Of a DNA stretch of 64,000 nt, positions 49,120-58,206 are shown in pieces (the stretch's first letter is position 1; the number at the start of each line of letters is the position of its first letter). The position numbers were made by a program, and so were the translations under genes. The notes under the pieces are model-generated. The model ran no database searches, was not told where the DNA came from, and saw nothing but the letters and a program-made list of their open reading frames with translations. The stretch is from assembly GCA_002796125.1 (NCBI GenBank), contig PCWA01000109.1, forward strand, positions 1,347-65,346, read 5' to 3'. This DNA comes from Candidatus Ghiorseimicrobium undicola (GTDB lineage: Bacteria > Omnitrophota > Gorgyraeia > Ghiorseimicrobiales > Ghiorseimicrobiaceae).

Positions 49120-49518
49120 TTACCAAACATAACAAACTACTTCTCCGCCCACCCTTGCTTCCCGCGCTTCTTTATCCGTTAACACTCCCTTAGAAGTAGA
49201 AATTACCGCGATGCCCTGCCCTCGAAGAACGCGGGGCAGCTGACGCCGGGAAGAATAGACTCTTAAAGACTGCTTAGAAATTCTTTTAAGCCCCTTAATC
49301 GCCGGTTCATCATTTTCATCAAACTTAAGATATACGCGCGCCATGCGAGAATTCAGCTCTTCTAAAAGTTTAAAATCCTCGATATACCCTTCTCTTTTCA
49401 AAATATCGAGCAAAGATCTTACTATGCCTGATGCTGGGACATCTACTTTTTCTTTGTGCGCCCTAATAGCATTACGGATCATAGTCAATACATTTGCGAT
49501 TAAATCATTACTACTCAT
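49120..49518 (-). CDS. rpsH: 30S ribosomal protein S8
   Basis: D.IA..LT.IRNA, ISTSKGV, GGEV. Confidence 0.97.
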   Translation of the reverse strand: MSSNDLIANVLTMIRNAIRAHKEKVDVPASGIVRSLLDILKREGYIEDFKLLEELNSRMARVYLKFDENDEPAIKGLKRISKQSLRVYSSRRQLPRVLRGQGIAVISTSKGVLTDKEAREARVGGEVVCYVW

Positions 49519-49686
49519 ATTTCCTCACCTGGTATCCGTCTTATTAAGTTTACATTATTGACTTTTGCTTTACCAATGGCATTAAGGCAGTCAATATTTT
49601 GCTTTATTTTCCCGAAATTTTTACCATTCGCTGCACAAAGCTCAATAAGTAAAATTTAAAACGGTTCTTTGTTAAATATTTTTATT

Positions 49687-49872
49687 TTACCAGCTTGCCT
49701 TTTTAACGCCCGGTATATCGCCCCGCCAAGCCAATTCTCTAAAACAAATCCTACAGAGATTAAACCTGCGCAGATAAGCGCGCGACCTGCCGCAAAGCGG
49801 GCAGCGATTATATTTTCTGCTGCTAAACTTTGATGGTCTCTTGCATTTCGCTATTAAGGATTTTTTAGCCAC
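49687..49872 (-). CDS. rpsN: 30S ribosomal protein S14 (type Z)
   Basis: RCPLCGR...[19 protein letters not shown]. Confidence 0.97.
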   Translation of the reverse strand: MAKKSLIAKCKRPSKFSSRKYNRCPLCGRSRAYLRRFNLCRICFRELAWRGDIPGVKKASW

Positions 49873-49903
49873 TATCTCCTGCTCCTTAAATTATGATTAT
49901 TTT

Positions 49904-50473
49904 TTATTCTTCGCCCTTAGCCTTAAAAGGCATACCCAGCAAACGAAGAAGTTCATGCGATTCATTACCTGTCTTTGCCGTAGTAATTATGGTAATATTC
50001 ATTCCCTGAACACGCTGAGAGGCCTTATCATAATCTATTTCTGGGAAAATTGCCTGCTCCTTTAAACCCATGCTATAATTACCGTCTTGATCAAACGATG
50101 TTCCGGGAACACCCCTAAAATCCCTGATTCTCGGCAAGGCGATATTCATGAGCCGGTCAAGAAATTCATACATATACGCTGCGCGTAAAGTTACTTTACA
50201 ACCGATCGCCTGGTCTTCTCGTATTTTAAAATTAGAAATCGCCTTTTTTGAACGGCAAACAACAGGCCGCTGCCCAGTTATCAGGGATAATTCATCCATT
50301 GCCTTATCTAAAATCTTGATATCGTCTTTTGCTGCGCCTACCCCCATACTAACCGTAACTTTGGATAATTTCGGTACCTGCATACGATTTTTATATGCGA
50401 ACATCTTCATCATCTCTGGCACTACTTCATTTATATATTTTTCTTTAAGTCTTGGCGTATTCTTCGGTTTCAT
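49904..50473 (-). CDS. rplE: 50S ribosomal protein L5
   Basis: [25 protein letters not shown]. Confidence 0.98.
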   Translation of the reverse strand: MKPKNTPRLKEKYINEVVPEMMKMFAYKNRMQVPKLSKVTVSMGVGAAKDDIKILDKAMDELSLITGQRPVVCRSKKAISNFKIREDQAIGCKVTLRAAYMYEFLDRLMNIALPRIRDFRGVPGTSFDQDGNYSMGLKEQAIFPEIDYDKASQRVQGMNITIITTAKTGNESHELLRLLGMPFKAKGEE

Positions 50474-50474
50474 A

Positions 50475-50807
50475 TTAAATTGCCTCTTTGCAACGCTTGC
50501 ATATCCTTATTTTATTATTAGTTTTTTTAGCTGCCGAGGGAGCCTCAGGCGTCTTTATGCCTATCCTCGCCGGCTTAGAACAGTTCTTGCAGTAAATTTG
50601 TAAATTTGAGATGTGTATCGGCGATTCAAGTTCTACCACGCCCGCTTTCTGGTCTTCTCTGGTTCTGCGCATATGCTTCTTAACCTTGTTTATACCTTCA
50701 ACAAGGGCTCTGCTCTGAATAGAAAAAACCTTCATTACCTTTCCTGTTTTTCCTTTATCTTTCCCAGCAATAACATATACTATGTCGCTTTTTCTTATCC
50801 TTAGCAT
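50475..50807 (-). CDS. rplX: 50S ribosomal protein L24
   Basis: [23 protein letters not shown]. Confidence 0.96.
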   Translation of the reverse strand: MLRIRKSDIVYVIAGKDKGKTGKVMKVFSIQSRALVEGINKVKKHMRRTREDQKAGVVELESPIHISNLQIYCKNCSKPARIGIKTPEAPSAAKKTNNKIRICKRCKEAI

Positions 50808-50844
50808 GATATTATACCTATAGATTTTAATTTAAAGTTATTAT

Positions 50845-51213
50845 CTAAACTACTTCTGGGGCCAGCGAAATAATCTTCATGAAATCTTTCTCTCTCAACT
50901 CCCTGGCGACCGGCCCGAAAACTCTTGTCCCCTTAGGATTACGCTGATTATCAATGATTACCGCAGCATTACGGTCAAAACGTACTGTAGACCCGTCCGG
51001 CCTGCGTATGGGCGCCTTTGTCCTAACTACCACCGCTTTGGCAACCTCTCCTTTTTTTACGCCTGCATCAGGAGCAGATTCTTTTACATTTACGACTATC
51101 ACATCGCCAATTTCGGCGGTACGCCGGTTTTTTCTGCCGAGAACATTAATAAAGGAAACCTTCTTTGCTCCCGTATTATCCGCTACATCCAATATTGACC
51201 TTATTTGTATCAT
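50845..51213 (-). CDS. rplN: 50S ribosomal protein L14
   Basis: [27 protein letters not shown]. Confidence 0.98.
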   Translation of the reverse strand: MIQIRSILDVADNTGAKKVSFINVLGRKNRRTAEIGDVIVVNVKESAPDAGVKKGEVAKAVVVRTKAPIRRPDGSTVRFDRNAAVIIDNQRNPKGTRVFGPVARELREKDFMKIISLAPEVV

Positions 51214-51278
51214 TTTCTACTCTTATCCTTTACTTATTGAGCTTTATACAACTAAAAGCAAAAATCAATAGTTACTGA

Positions 51279-51530
51279 TTATTTCAAAACCTCTATCAAT
51301 CTCCAGTACTTATCTTTAGAAAGAGGCCTCGTCTCCATTATTCTTACGCGATCACCGATTTTAGCGGTATTATTTTCATCATGTACTTTAAACTTATTAT
51401 ATTTTTTTATTATTTTTTTATAGGCGGGGTGACGGGCAGCCATCTCAACCCTTACCACGATAGTTTTCTGCATTTTATCGCTGGTAACATAACCTATGCG
51501 CTCTTTCCTTTTTGCTCTAACATTTGTCAT
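51279..51530 (-). CDS. rpsQ: 30S ribosomal protein S17
   Basis: SDKMQKT, HDE.N, ETRPLSK.K.WRL. Start moved to ATG 51530. Confidence 0.96.
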   Translation of the reverse strand: MTNVRAKRKERIGYVTSDKMQKTIVVRVEMAARHPAYKKIIKKYNKFKVHDENNTAKIGDRVRIMETRPLSKDKYWRLIEVLK

Positions 51531-51724
51531 TTTATATTCTTCCTTTTTTTGCACAAAATAGTTTCAATCCTGGCAATATCTTTTTTAAATTTAGAGAATA
51601 AGTGCGGCTTATCTACCCTACCGAATTTACGCTGATAATTCAATTTATGCAGCTCTTCTTTACAGGATGTTTTTTTCTGAATAAGTTCATCTGCGCTCAA
51701 ATTAGTATAATCTTCTTTTTTCAC
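51527..51724 (-). CDS. rpmC: 50S ribosomal protein L29
   Basis: Position between rplP and rpsQ; KKDIARIET motif. Confidence 0.88.
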   Translation of the reverse strand: MKKEDYTNLSADELIQKKTSCKEELHKLNYQRKFGRVDKPHLFSKFKKDIARIETILCKKRKNIK

Positions 51725-51799
51725 TAAATCTTCCCTTCCTGTCGTTATATTTTTAACACCCGCCTCGTATTTACGGCAGGCGAGAGGCAGGCGGTAAAA

Positions 51800-52219
51800 T
51801 TAATAGCTATGGCCGTGCTTAATTAATTTTGTTTTTACAGGCAGTTTAAAAGACGCCAGCCTAAAAGCCTCTTTAGCAAGGGCTTCAGGAACACCTCCCA
51901 GCTCAAAAAGAACCTGACCTCTTTTTACTACAGCTACCCAATGATCTAATTCACCCTTGCCTTTTCCCATGCGTGTTTCCGCGGGTTTTTTCGTCACGGA
52001 CTTATGCGGAAAAATCCTTATCCAAAGCTTCCCGCCGCGGCGAAGCTGCCTGGCGATTATAACGCGCACCGCCTCAATGTGCATACTTTTAATCCAGCCG
52101 TTATCCAAGGCTTTTAATCCGAACTCGCCGAAGTTAACCTTATTTGAACGCAAAGAAATGCCTTTACGCCTTCCTCTTTGTAATTTTCTATACTTTACTC
52201 TTTTGGGCATCAAAGCCAT
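51800..52219 (-). CDS. rplP: 50S ribosomal protein L16
   Basis: [23 protein letters not shown]. Confidence 0.98.
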   Translation of the reverse strand: MALMPKRVKYRKLQRGRRKGISLRSNKVNFGEFGLKALDNGWIKSMHIEAVRVIIARQLRRGGKLWIRIFPHKSVTKKPAETRMGKGKGELDHWVAVVKRGQVLFELGGVPEALAKEAFRLASFKLPVKTKLIKHGHSY

Positions 52220-52234
52220 AGCTTACCTACCTAT

Positions 52235-52942
52235 TTATTTTACTGATTTTGCTTCTCTAAACTTAAAATTTTCCTGCTTGGTCTCTATATCCTCTCGAAG
52301 ATTCATAGACCTACCTATAATGTCGCCTTTATAAATCCATACTTTTATGCCTATAAGGCCATATGTCGTGTAGGCCTCGCAAAAACCATAATCTATGTCT
52401 GCCCTCAGAGTTTGAAGCGGGATTTTTCCTTCCTTATATTTCTCGCGACGCGATATCTCTACCCCTCCCAACCTCCCGGCACAGGCAACTTTTATTCCTT
52501 TTGCCCCCGCGCTCATCGCCTGCTCTATTGCCCGCTTTACCGCTCTTCGATAAGCTACGCGCTTCTCTATCTGGAAAGCTATATTCTGCGCTACAATCTG
52601 GGCATCAATGGCGGGCCGCTTGACCTCCACTATATCAATAGCTAAATCTTTCTTGATTAGTTTATACAAATCCTGCTTTAATCTATCGATATCTGCTCCG
52701 TGCCTACCGATAATTACACCTGGACGCGCCGTATATATTCTAATACGCAGACTTCCGGTGCTAACCCTTTCGATTATTATTTTTGAAAGAGAAGCCTGGC
52801 GAAATTTAACGCGTATATAACTGCGTATCCTGGCATCTTCAACAATAAATCGGGCAAAGTCGCCTTTAGGAGCGAACCATCTACTGTTCCAGTCTTTAAT
52901 AAAGCCTATTCTTGATATTAGAGGATGAACTTTGTGTCCCAA
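52235..52942 (-). CDS. rpsC: 30S ribosomal protein S3
   Basis: G.KVHP, RPGVIIG, GRLGG, PLQTLRADID. TTG start at 52942 after an AGGAGG SD. Confidence 0.97.
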   Translation of the reverse strand: MGHKVHPLISRIGFIKDWNSRWFAPKGDFARFIVEDARIRSYIRVKFRQASLSKIIIERVSTGSLRIRIYTARPGVIIGRHGADIDRLKQDLYKLIKKDLAIDIVEVKRPAIDAQIVAQNIAFQIEKRVAYRRAVKRAIEQAMSAGAKGIKVACAGRLGGVEISRREKYKEGKIPLQTLRADIDYGFCEAYTTYGLIGIKVWIYKGDIIGRSMNLREDIETKQENFKFREAKSVK

Positions 52943-53023
52943 AATTGCCTCCTTGATTAATCCTGACAAGGCGTAACGAAAATTCCGTCTTGTGATATTC
53001 CTTACAATTTATGTAATTAACGC

Positions 53024-53359
53024 TTATTTATGTTTTAAATCCAATTCTATCTTAAGATGAACCGTGCGCTTCAAAATCGGCGCAGCCCTGCCAAACGCCG
53101 CTGCCCGGTATCGCTTCCATCTTGCGCCTTCATCAGCGCTGATACGGGATATATAGAGCTGTTGAGGTTCTATGCCTTTAACTTTAGCGTTAGCAATAGC
53201 AGAACGAAGCGTTTTAAGCACGTAATCCCGCGGACGCTTATTTAAATTAGGCAATAAGCCCAACGCATAAGAAACATCTTCGCCTCTAATTAAATCAATG
53301 ACTTCGCGTGTTTTTCTTGGTGACAGCCTTAAAAATTTGTTTTCTGCTCTTGATATCAT
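53024..53359 (-). CDS. rplV: 50S ribosomal protein L22
   Basis: R.SPRK.R.V.DLIRG, SAIANA, GRA..I.KR. Confidence 0.96.
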   Translation of the reverse strand: MISRAENKFLRLSPRKTREVIDLIRGEDVSYALGLLPNLNKRPRDYVLKTLRSAIANAKVKGIEPQQLYISRISADEGARWKRYRAAAFGRAAPILKRTVHLKIELDLKHK

Positions 53360-53360
53360 A

Positions 53361-53476
53361 TTAATGAGCCCACAACTTACGGAGTGAAGCTAACGTAAGT
53401 TGTTTGGGCGAATTAATCCCGCAGCCTATCAGGGTAAATTTCTGCGAAATTTACCCTGATGTTTAGGCAAGGGATA
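53361..53476 (+). repeat. Tandem-GA hairpin element (modules A+B)
   Basis: TTAAT-GA-GCCC...GGGC-GA-ATTAA; ATCCC-GCA-GCCTA-TCAGGGTAAATTTC..GAAATTTACCCTGA-TGTT-TAGGC-AA-GGGAT. Confidence 0.85.
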
Positions 53477-53494
53477 TTGATCCTTTAAATTATA

Positions 53495-53782
53495 TTAAGT
53501 TTTATCGGCTGCTTTCTTTGCTTTTACGCCGCCGTGTTTTCTGAATATGCGCGTTGGCGCAAACTCACCTAATTTATGCCCGACCATATTTTCGGTAATA
53601 AATACAGGCACGTGTTTTCTTCCGTCATAAACGGCAAATGTAAAACCTACGAAATCAGGAGTAACCACCGAGCGCCTGGACCATGTTTTAATTGCCTGGC
53701 GGCTTCCGGTTTTTCGTGCCCTATCTACCTTTTTTAATAACTTTTCATCTATAAATGGTCCTTTTTTTATCGACCGCGCCAT
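53495..53782 (-). CDS. rpsS: 30S ribosomal protein S19
   Basis: [27 protein letters not shown]. Confidence 0.98.
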   Translation of the reverse strand: MARSIKKGPFIDEKLLKKVDRARKTGSRQAIKTWSRRSVVTPDFVGFTFAVYDGRKHVPVFITENMVGHKLGEFAPTRIFRKHGGVKAKKAADKT

Positions 53783-53805
53783 ATCCCTCTCCGATGTTCA
53801 AAAAT

Positions 53806-54639
53806 TTATTTTCTTCTGTTCACTATATATTTATCAGAATATTTAACCTTCTTCCGGGTTCGGAAGCCTTTTGTGGGTTTCCCCCAAGGCGTTACCGGAT
53901 GAGGATTACCCTGCCCTGATTTACCCTCGCCTCCGCCGTGCGGATGATCGACAGGATTCATAACAACGCCTCTGACATGCGGCTTTCTCCCTTTCCAATT
54001 ATTTCTACCCGCTTTACCGTCTTTCTCCGCTTCATGACTTACATTACCGACTTGCCCTATGGTTGCCGAACAATCCAAGCGCACCAACCTGACTTCTCCG
54101 GAAGGAAGCCGAACATGCGCAAAATCTCCTTCCTTAGCCATTATCTGGGCGGACGTTCCTGCGCCCCTGACTATCTTGCCCCCCTGGCCTTTAACCAGTT
54201 CAATATTATGCATTAATGTTCCTGAAGGAATATTACGCAGAGGCATACAATTACCTGATTTAATATCAATCTCCGCCGTATCTGAGCTTATAACAGCATC
54301 TCCCACATTTAAATCCACAGGAGCTAGAATATAACGCTTTTCTTTATCTTCATATTCCAAAAGAGCAATCCTGCTTGAACGATTAGGGTCATATTCAATA
54401 GCAATAACCCTCGCAGGTATATTTTTCTTATCGCGTTTGAAATCTATGACACGATACATCCGTTTATGTCCGCCGCCGCGAAACCGCACGGTAATACGCC
54501 CATAACAATTCCTGCCGCCGCTTTTCTTTAAAGGCCTAAGAAGAGATTTTTCAGGCGTATTTTTAGTAATCTCCTCAAAGGTGGGACGCTTCATAAATCT
54601 CATACCGGGTGTTGTTGGATTATATTTTCTTATAGCCAT
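53806..54639 (-). CDS. rplB: 50S ribosomal protein L2
   Basis: [30 protein letters not shown]. Confidence 0.98.
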   Translation of the reverse strand: MAIRKYNPTTPGMRFMKRPTFEEITKNTPEKSLLRPLKKSGGRNCYGRITVRFRGGGHKRMYRVIDFKRDKKNIPARVIAIEYDPNRSSRIALLEYEDKEKRYILAPVDLNVGDAVISSDTAEIDIKSGNCMPLRNIPSGTLMHNIELVKGQGGKIVRGAGTSAQIMAKEGDFAHVRLPSGEVRLVRLDCSATIGQVGNVSHEAEKDGKAGRNNWKGRKPHVRGVVMNPVDHPHGGGEGKSGQGNPHPVTPWGKPTKGFRTRKKVKYSDKYIVNRRK

Positions 54640-54680
54640 AGTTTAAGTTTTAATTTTGATTTTCTTTGATTTTTTATTTT

Positions 54681-54959
54681 TTATGTTGTGTCTATCTTAT
54701 GACCTTCTTTTAAGCTGACTATCGCCTTTTTCCAGTCTGAAGTATATCCAGTCTGATAGCGTAATCTTTTTGCCTTCCCCTTAGAAATCAACGTATTTAC
54801 ACAGTCAACTTTAACCTTATAAATTGATTCAACCGCCTTTTTTATCTGTATTTTATTCGCTCTTTTATTAACCCAAAATACATACCTTCCAAAAGGCTCA
54901 TCAAAGTTTGTGCTTTTTTCGGTGCGAATTATCGTCTTAACAACGTCGTAATTATCCAT
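54681..54959 (-). CDS. rplW: 50S ribosomal protein L23
   Basis: TEKS, ANK.QIK.AVE, WKKAIV.L. Confidence 0.95.
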   Translation of the reverse strand: MDNYDVVKTIIRTEKSTNFDEPFGRYVFWVNKRANKIQIKKAVESIYKVKVDCVNTLISKGKAKRLRYQTGYTSDWKKAIVSLKEGHKIDTT

Positions 54960-54964
54960 ATTTT

Positions 54965-55666
54965 CTAAAGGCTGTTTTTTATTCTGCTGGTTATTTTTTT
55001 TAGCGCCTCTTTAGTCATCAATAATTTCTTATGGCACAACACATCATAAGCAGTTACGTCTTCCGGCCTGATTATATTTAAATTCGCGATATTCCCCATG
55101 GAACGCCGTACTCCGGCGCTGTTATCAAAAACGCCTAATGTCGCGCTACTAAGGCGTGTTCCGGAAATAATCCCCGGTAAATGCGATAATAATTTTATCG
55201 CGTCTTTTGTTTTCTCAAGCTTAGCCAAACTATCAAGCAGTATAACATCCTGATTGTTAAGGCGGCTGTTAATGCTGGATTTCAAAGCTGAGATTCTTAT
55301 TTTCTGCGGTATGGTATAAGAAAAATCGCGCGGCCTGGGACCAAAAGTAACGCCTCCATGCTTAAAAAGCGGCGAACGGGAAGAACCTGCTCTCGCGCGC
55401 CCGGTACCTTTCTGCCTCCAAGGCTTTTTCCCGCCTCCGGACACTTCACCGCGGGTTTTCGTAGAAGCGGTACCCGTACGTAAATTCGCCTGATAACAAA
55501 TCACTGCCTGATGCAGGATATCCTTGTTGACTCCACCGTCAAAAATATGCTTATCCAAAACCAAATCCTCCAGCTTCCTGCCGTCGCTGCCGTAAACAGA
55601 CAACTTGAAATCTTGAGGATCTTTGGTTGCCAAATTATTTTTTTTGTTAGATTTAATATCGGTCAT
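54965..55666 (-). CDS. rplD: 50S ribosomal protein L4
   Basis: TKTRGEVSGGGKKPWRQKGTGRARAG. Confidence 0.97.
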   Translation of the reverse strand: MTDIKSNKKNNLATKDPQDFKLSVYGSDGRKLEDLVLDKHIFDGGVNKDILHQAVICYQANLRTGTASTKTRGEVSGGGKKPWRQKGTGRARAGSSRSPLFKHGGVTFGPRPRDFSYTIPQKIRISALKSSINSRLNNQDVILLDSLAKLEKTKDAIKLLSHLPGIISGTRLSSATLGVFDNSAGVRRSMGNIANLNIIRPEDVTAYDVLCHKKLLMTKEALKKITSRIKNSL

Positions 55667-55674
55667 TTAGATTC

Positions 55675-56376
55675 CTATTTCTTTTTTATATTTTTCTTAC
55701 CCTTTGGCTTACTTTGTTTTTTCTCTGCTTCTCTTGCGGCAGCTTCAGCTTTTAGGGCATTTATATCACCGCGTTTTTTTGCTTTTCGGATTATTACATA
55801 ACTATTTTTATGGCCTGCTACAGAACCTTTAACGGATAGCATATTATTTTCACTGTCTACGCTGACCACTCTGAGATTTTGCACGGTAATGCGGCTATTT
55901 CCCATATGCCCGGGCATGTGCGTATTTTTAAATACGCGCGAAGGGTCGGAACTAGCACCTATAGAACCGACTCTGCGATGAGACATGGAACCATGGCTCT
56001 TCGGTCCGCCACTCCAATGCCAGCGTTTGACGCCGCCCTGAAACCCTTTACCTATAGAAACGCCTGTAACATCCACAAAATCGCCTTCTTTGAATATATC
56101 CACCTTTATCGCCTGGCCGATATTGTATTCTTGCGGTTTATCAACTTTTATTTCCTTAATAAAAGCCTGCGGCTCAACGGATATCTTTTTGAAAACACCG
56201 GACTGTGGACGCGCCAGCCGCCTATCAGCAATCTTACCGAAACCAACCTGTATACTATTGGCTTTTTTCTGAATTACAAAACACGGCCCTGCCTCAATAA
56301 CCGTAACCGGAACAAAACGCCCGTCTTCATTAAATTTATGCGTCATCCCTAATTTTCTACCTAATAAACCGCTCAT
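55675..56376 (-). CDS. rplC: 50S ribosomal protein L3
   Basis: G.K.GMT, GKGFQG..KR, HRRVGSIG, MPGHMG. Confidence 0.97.
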   Translation of the reverse strand: MSGLLGRKLGMTHKFNEDGRFVPVTVIEAGPCFVIQKKANSIQVGFGKIADRRLARPQSGVFKKISVEPQAFIKEIKVDKPQEYNIGQAIKVDIFKEGDFVDVTGVSIGKGFQGGVKRWHWSGGPKSHGSMSHRRVGSIGASSDPSRVFKNTHMPGHMGNSRITVQNLRVVSVDSENNMLSVKGSVAGHKNSYVIIRKAKKRGDINALKAEAAAREAEKKQSKPKGKKNIKKK

Positions 56377-56467
56377 AGTGATTTTAAAATTTACAATCGG
56401 ATTTTTCTATAGAGCAGGCAGAATTAATATTTTTAAACGCCGGCTTTTGAATCCAATTGTATAATTA

Positions 56468-56767
56468 TTATTTTATTTCTACCGCTACTCCAGCAGGTAG
56501 GTTTAGCTTACGCAGGGCATCAACCGTCTTAGCCGTAGGATCAAGCAACTCTAAAAGACGACGATGCGTAAAAAGGCCAAATTGTTCCCGTGATTTTTTA
56601 TCAATAACCGTAGCCCTTAACACTGTGTATATCTCTTTTTTAGTCGGCAGCGGAATCGGTCCTGAAACACGCGCACCAGTCCTTTTCGCTGTCTCTACGA
56701 TTTCCTGTGTTGATTGATCAAGCAATCTGTGATCGTAAGCTTTTAATTTTATACGTATCTTCTGCAT
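56468..56767 (-). CDS. rpsJ: 30S ribosomal protein S10
   Basis: [22 protein letters not shown]. Start moved to ATG 56767 (MQKIRIK). Confidence 0.97.
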   Translation of the reverse strand: MQKIRIKLKAYDHRLLDQSTQEIVETAKRTGARVSGPIPLPTKKEIYTVLRATVIDKKSREQFGLFTHRRLLELLDPTAKTVDALRKLNLPAGVAVEIK

Positions 56768-56768
56768 T

Positions 56769-56934
56769 TTAATGAGCACATAAGTTACGGAAGCGAAGCT
56801 GACGTAATTTATAAGTGCGAATTAATCCCGAAGCCTGTGCAGTAAATTTCGAAGAAATTTACAAACGTTTAGGCGAGGGATACATTTACAAACTGCTGAG
56901 CCCATCCGCCTGCGGCGAAATATGGGCGAATTAA
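56769..56934 (+). repeat. Tandem-GA hairpin element (modules A+B+C)
   Basis: TTAAT-GA-GCAC..TTACG-GA-AGC-GAA-GCT-GA-CGTAA..GTGC-GA-ATTAA; TCCC-GAA-GCCT..TTTC-GAA-GAAA..AGGC-GA-GGGA; GA-GCCCAT..ATGGGC-GA. Confidence 0.85.
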
Positions 56935-58136
56935 GCGATTATCTCAGAAACCACGCCGGCTCCTACTGTATGGCCGCCTTCACGAATAGCAAAACGTGAT
57001 TCTTTCTCCATGGCAATCGGAACAATCAATTCTACTTCTACTGTTACGTTATCGCCAGGCATAACCATCTCCGTTCCTTCGGGAAGTTTTACATTCCCCG
57101 TAACATCGGTTGTTCTGAAATAAAACTGAGGACGGTAGCCGGTAAAAAACGGCGTATGTCTTCCGCCTTCTTCTTTACTTAAAACATAAACCTGGGCTTT
57201 AAATTTGGTATGCGGAGTAATGGAACCGGTCGCAGCCAATACCATACCTCTCTCAAGAGTAGCTTTTTCTACGCCTCTTAAAAGCAGACCTACGTTATCT
57301 CCTGCCTGCCCTTCATCCAGCAACTTACGAAACATCTCAATACCCGTAACTACTGTCTTGCCTATTTCCGGTTTAAGCCCCACTATATCTATATTCTCAT
57401 TAAGCTTTATTTTACCACGCTCAATCCTGCCGGTTCCTACTGTACCGCGGCCTTCTATTGAAAAAACGTCTTCTATGGCCATAAGAAATGGCTTATCTAA
57501 GTCCCTCTTAGGCAGGGGAATATAGTCATCAACGGCCTTCATAAGGTCTACAATCGGTTTACACTTAGGGCAATCGTCTTTAGCGCAACCACAACCCATT
57601 GCCTCAAGCGCGCTTCCTTTAATAACAGGGACCTTATCCCCTTCAAAGTTATATTTTGTAAGCAATTCCCTGGTTTCCATCTCCACCAAATCAATCAGCT
57701 CTTTATCGTCAACCATATCTACTTTATTCAAAAATACAACCAATGCCGGCACATTTACCTGACGGGCTAAAAGAATGTGCTCTCTTGTTTGAGGCATCGG
57801 GCCGTCCGCGGCTGAAACAACCAATATACCGCCGTCCATCTGCGCGGCACCGGTAATCATGTTTTTAATGTAGTCGGCGTGACCCGGGCAGTCAATATGC
57901 GCATAATGCCTGGCATCTGTCTGATACTCAACATGGGCGATGTTAATCGTTACTCCTCTTTCCTTTTCTTCAGGAGCATTATCAATAGAATCATAAGTTC
58001 TGGCTTCAGCATAACCTTTCTTACCTAAAACCATTGTTATAGCCGAAGTTAACGTGGTTTTTCCATGATCAACGTGCCCTACTGTTCCGATATTTACGTG
58101 TGGCTTATTTCTTACAAATTTTTCTTTAGCCATCAT
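56931..58136 (-). CDS. tuf: Elongation factor Tu
   Basis: [28 protein letters not shown]. Confidence 0.99.
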   Translation of the reverse strand: MMAKEKFVRNKPHVNIGTVGHVDHGKTTLTSAITMVLGKKGYAEARTYDSIDNAPEEKERGVTINIAHVEYQTDARHYAHIDCPGHADYIKNMITGAAQMDGGILVVSAADGPMPQTREHILLARQVNVPALVVFLNKVDMVDDKELIDLVEMETRELLTKYNFEGDKVPVIKGSALEAMGCGCAKDDCPKCKPIVDLMKAVDDYIPLPKRDLDKPFLMAIEDVFSIEGRGTVGTGRIERGKIKLNENIDIVGLKPEIGKTVVTGIEMFRKLLDEGQAGDNVGLLLRGVEKATLERGMVLAATGSITPHTKFKAQVYVLSKEEGGRHTPFFTGYRPQFYFRTTDVTGNVKLPEGTEMVMPGDNVTVEVELIVPIAMEKESRFAIREGGHTVGAGVVSEIIA

Positions 58137-58206
58137 ACCCTCCTTAGTAACCCCTGGATTGCTCGGGGATTGAATCTGCGTATTTTATTTTAATTCCTTA
58201 GTTTAC

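Noticed and set aside
56893-56934. Hammerhead-like core CTGCTGAG...CGAA (and TAATGAG...CGAA in other copies)
   Set aside because: Stems I and III cannot be built around the core, and most copies lack the essential CUG. The resemblance comes from the shared tandem G.A motif.
32986-56934. CRISPR interpretation of the recurring TTAATGAG repeats
   Set aside because: Copies are dispersed over kilobases, with no regular spacers and no cas genes.
56769-56934. Known S10 or L4-binding ribosomal leader
   Set aside because: The same element occurs before non-ribosomal genes (adk, pilT, bioC), and the wobble pattern favours the antisense strand.
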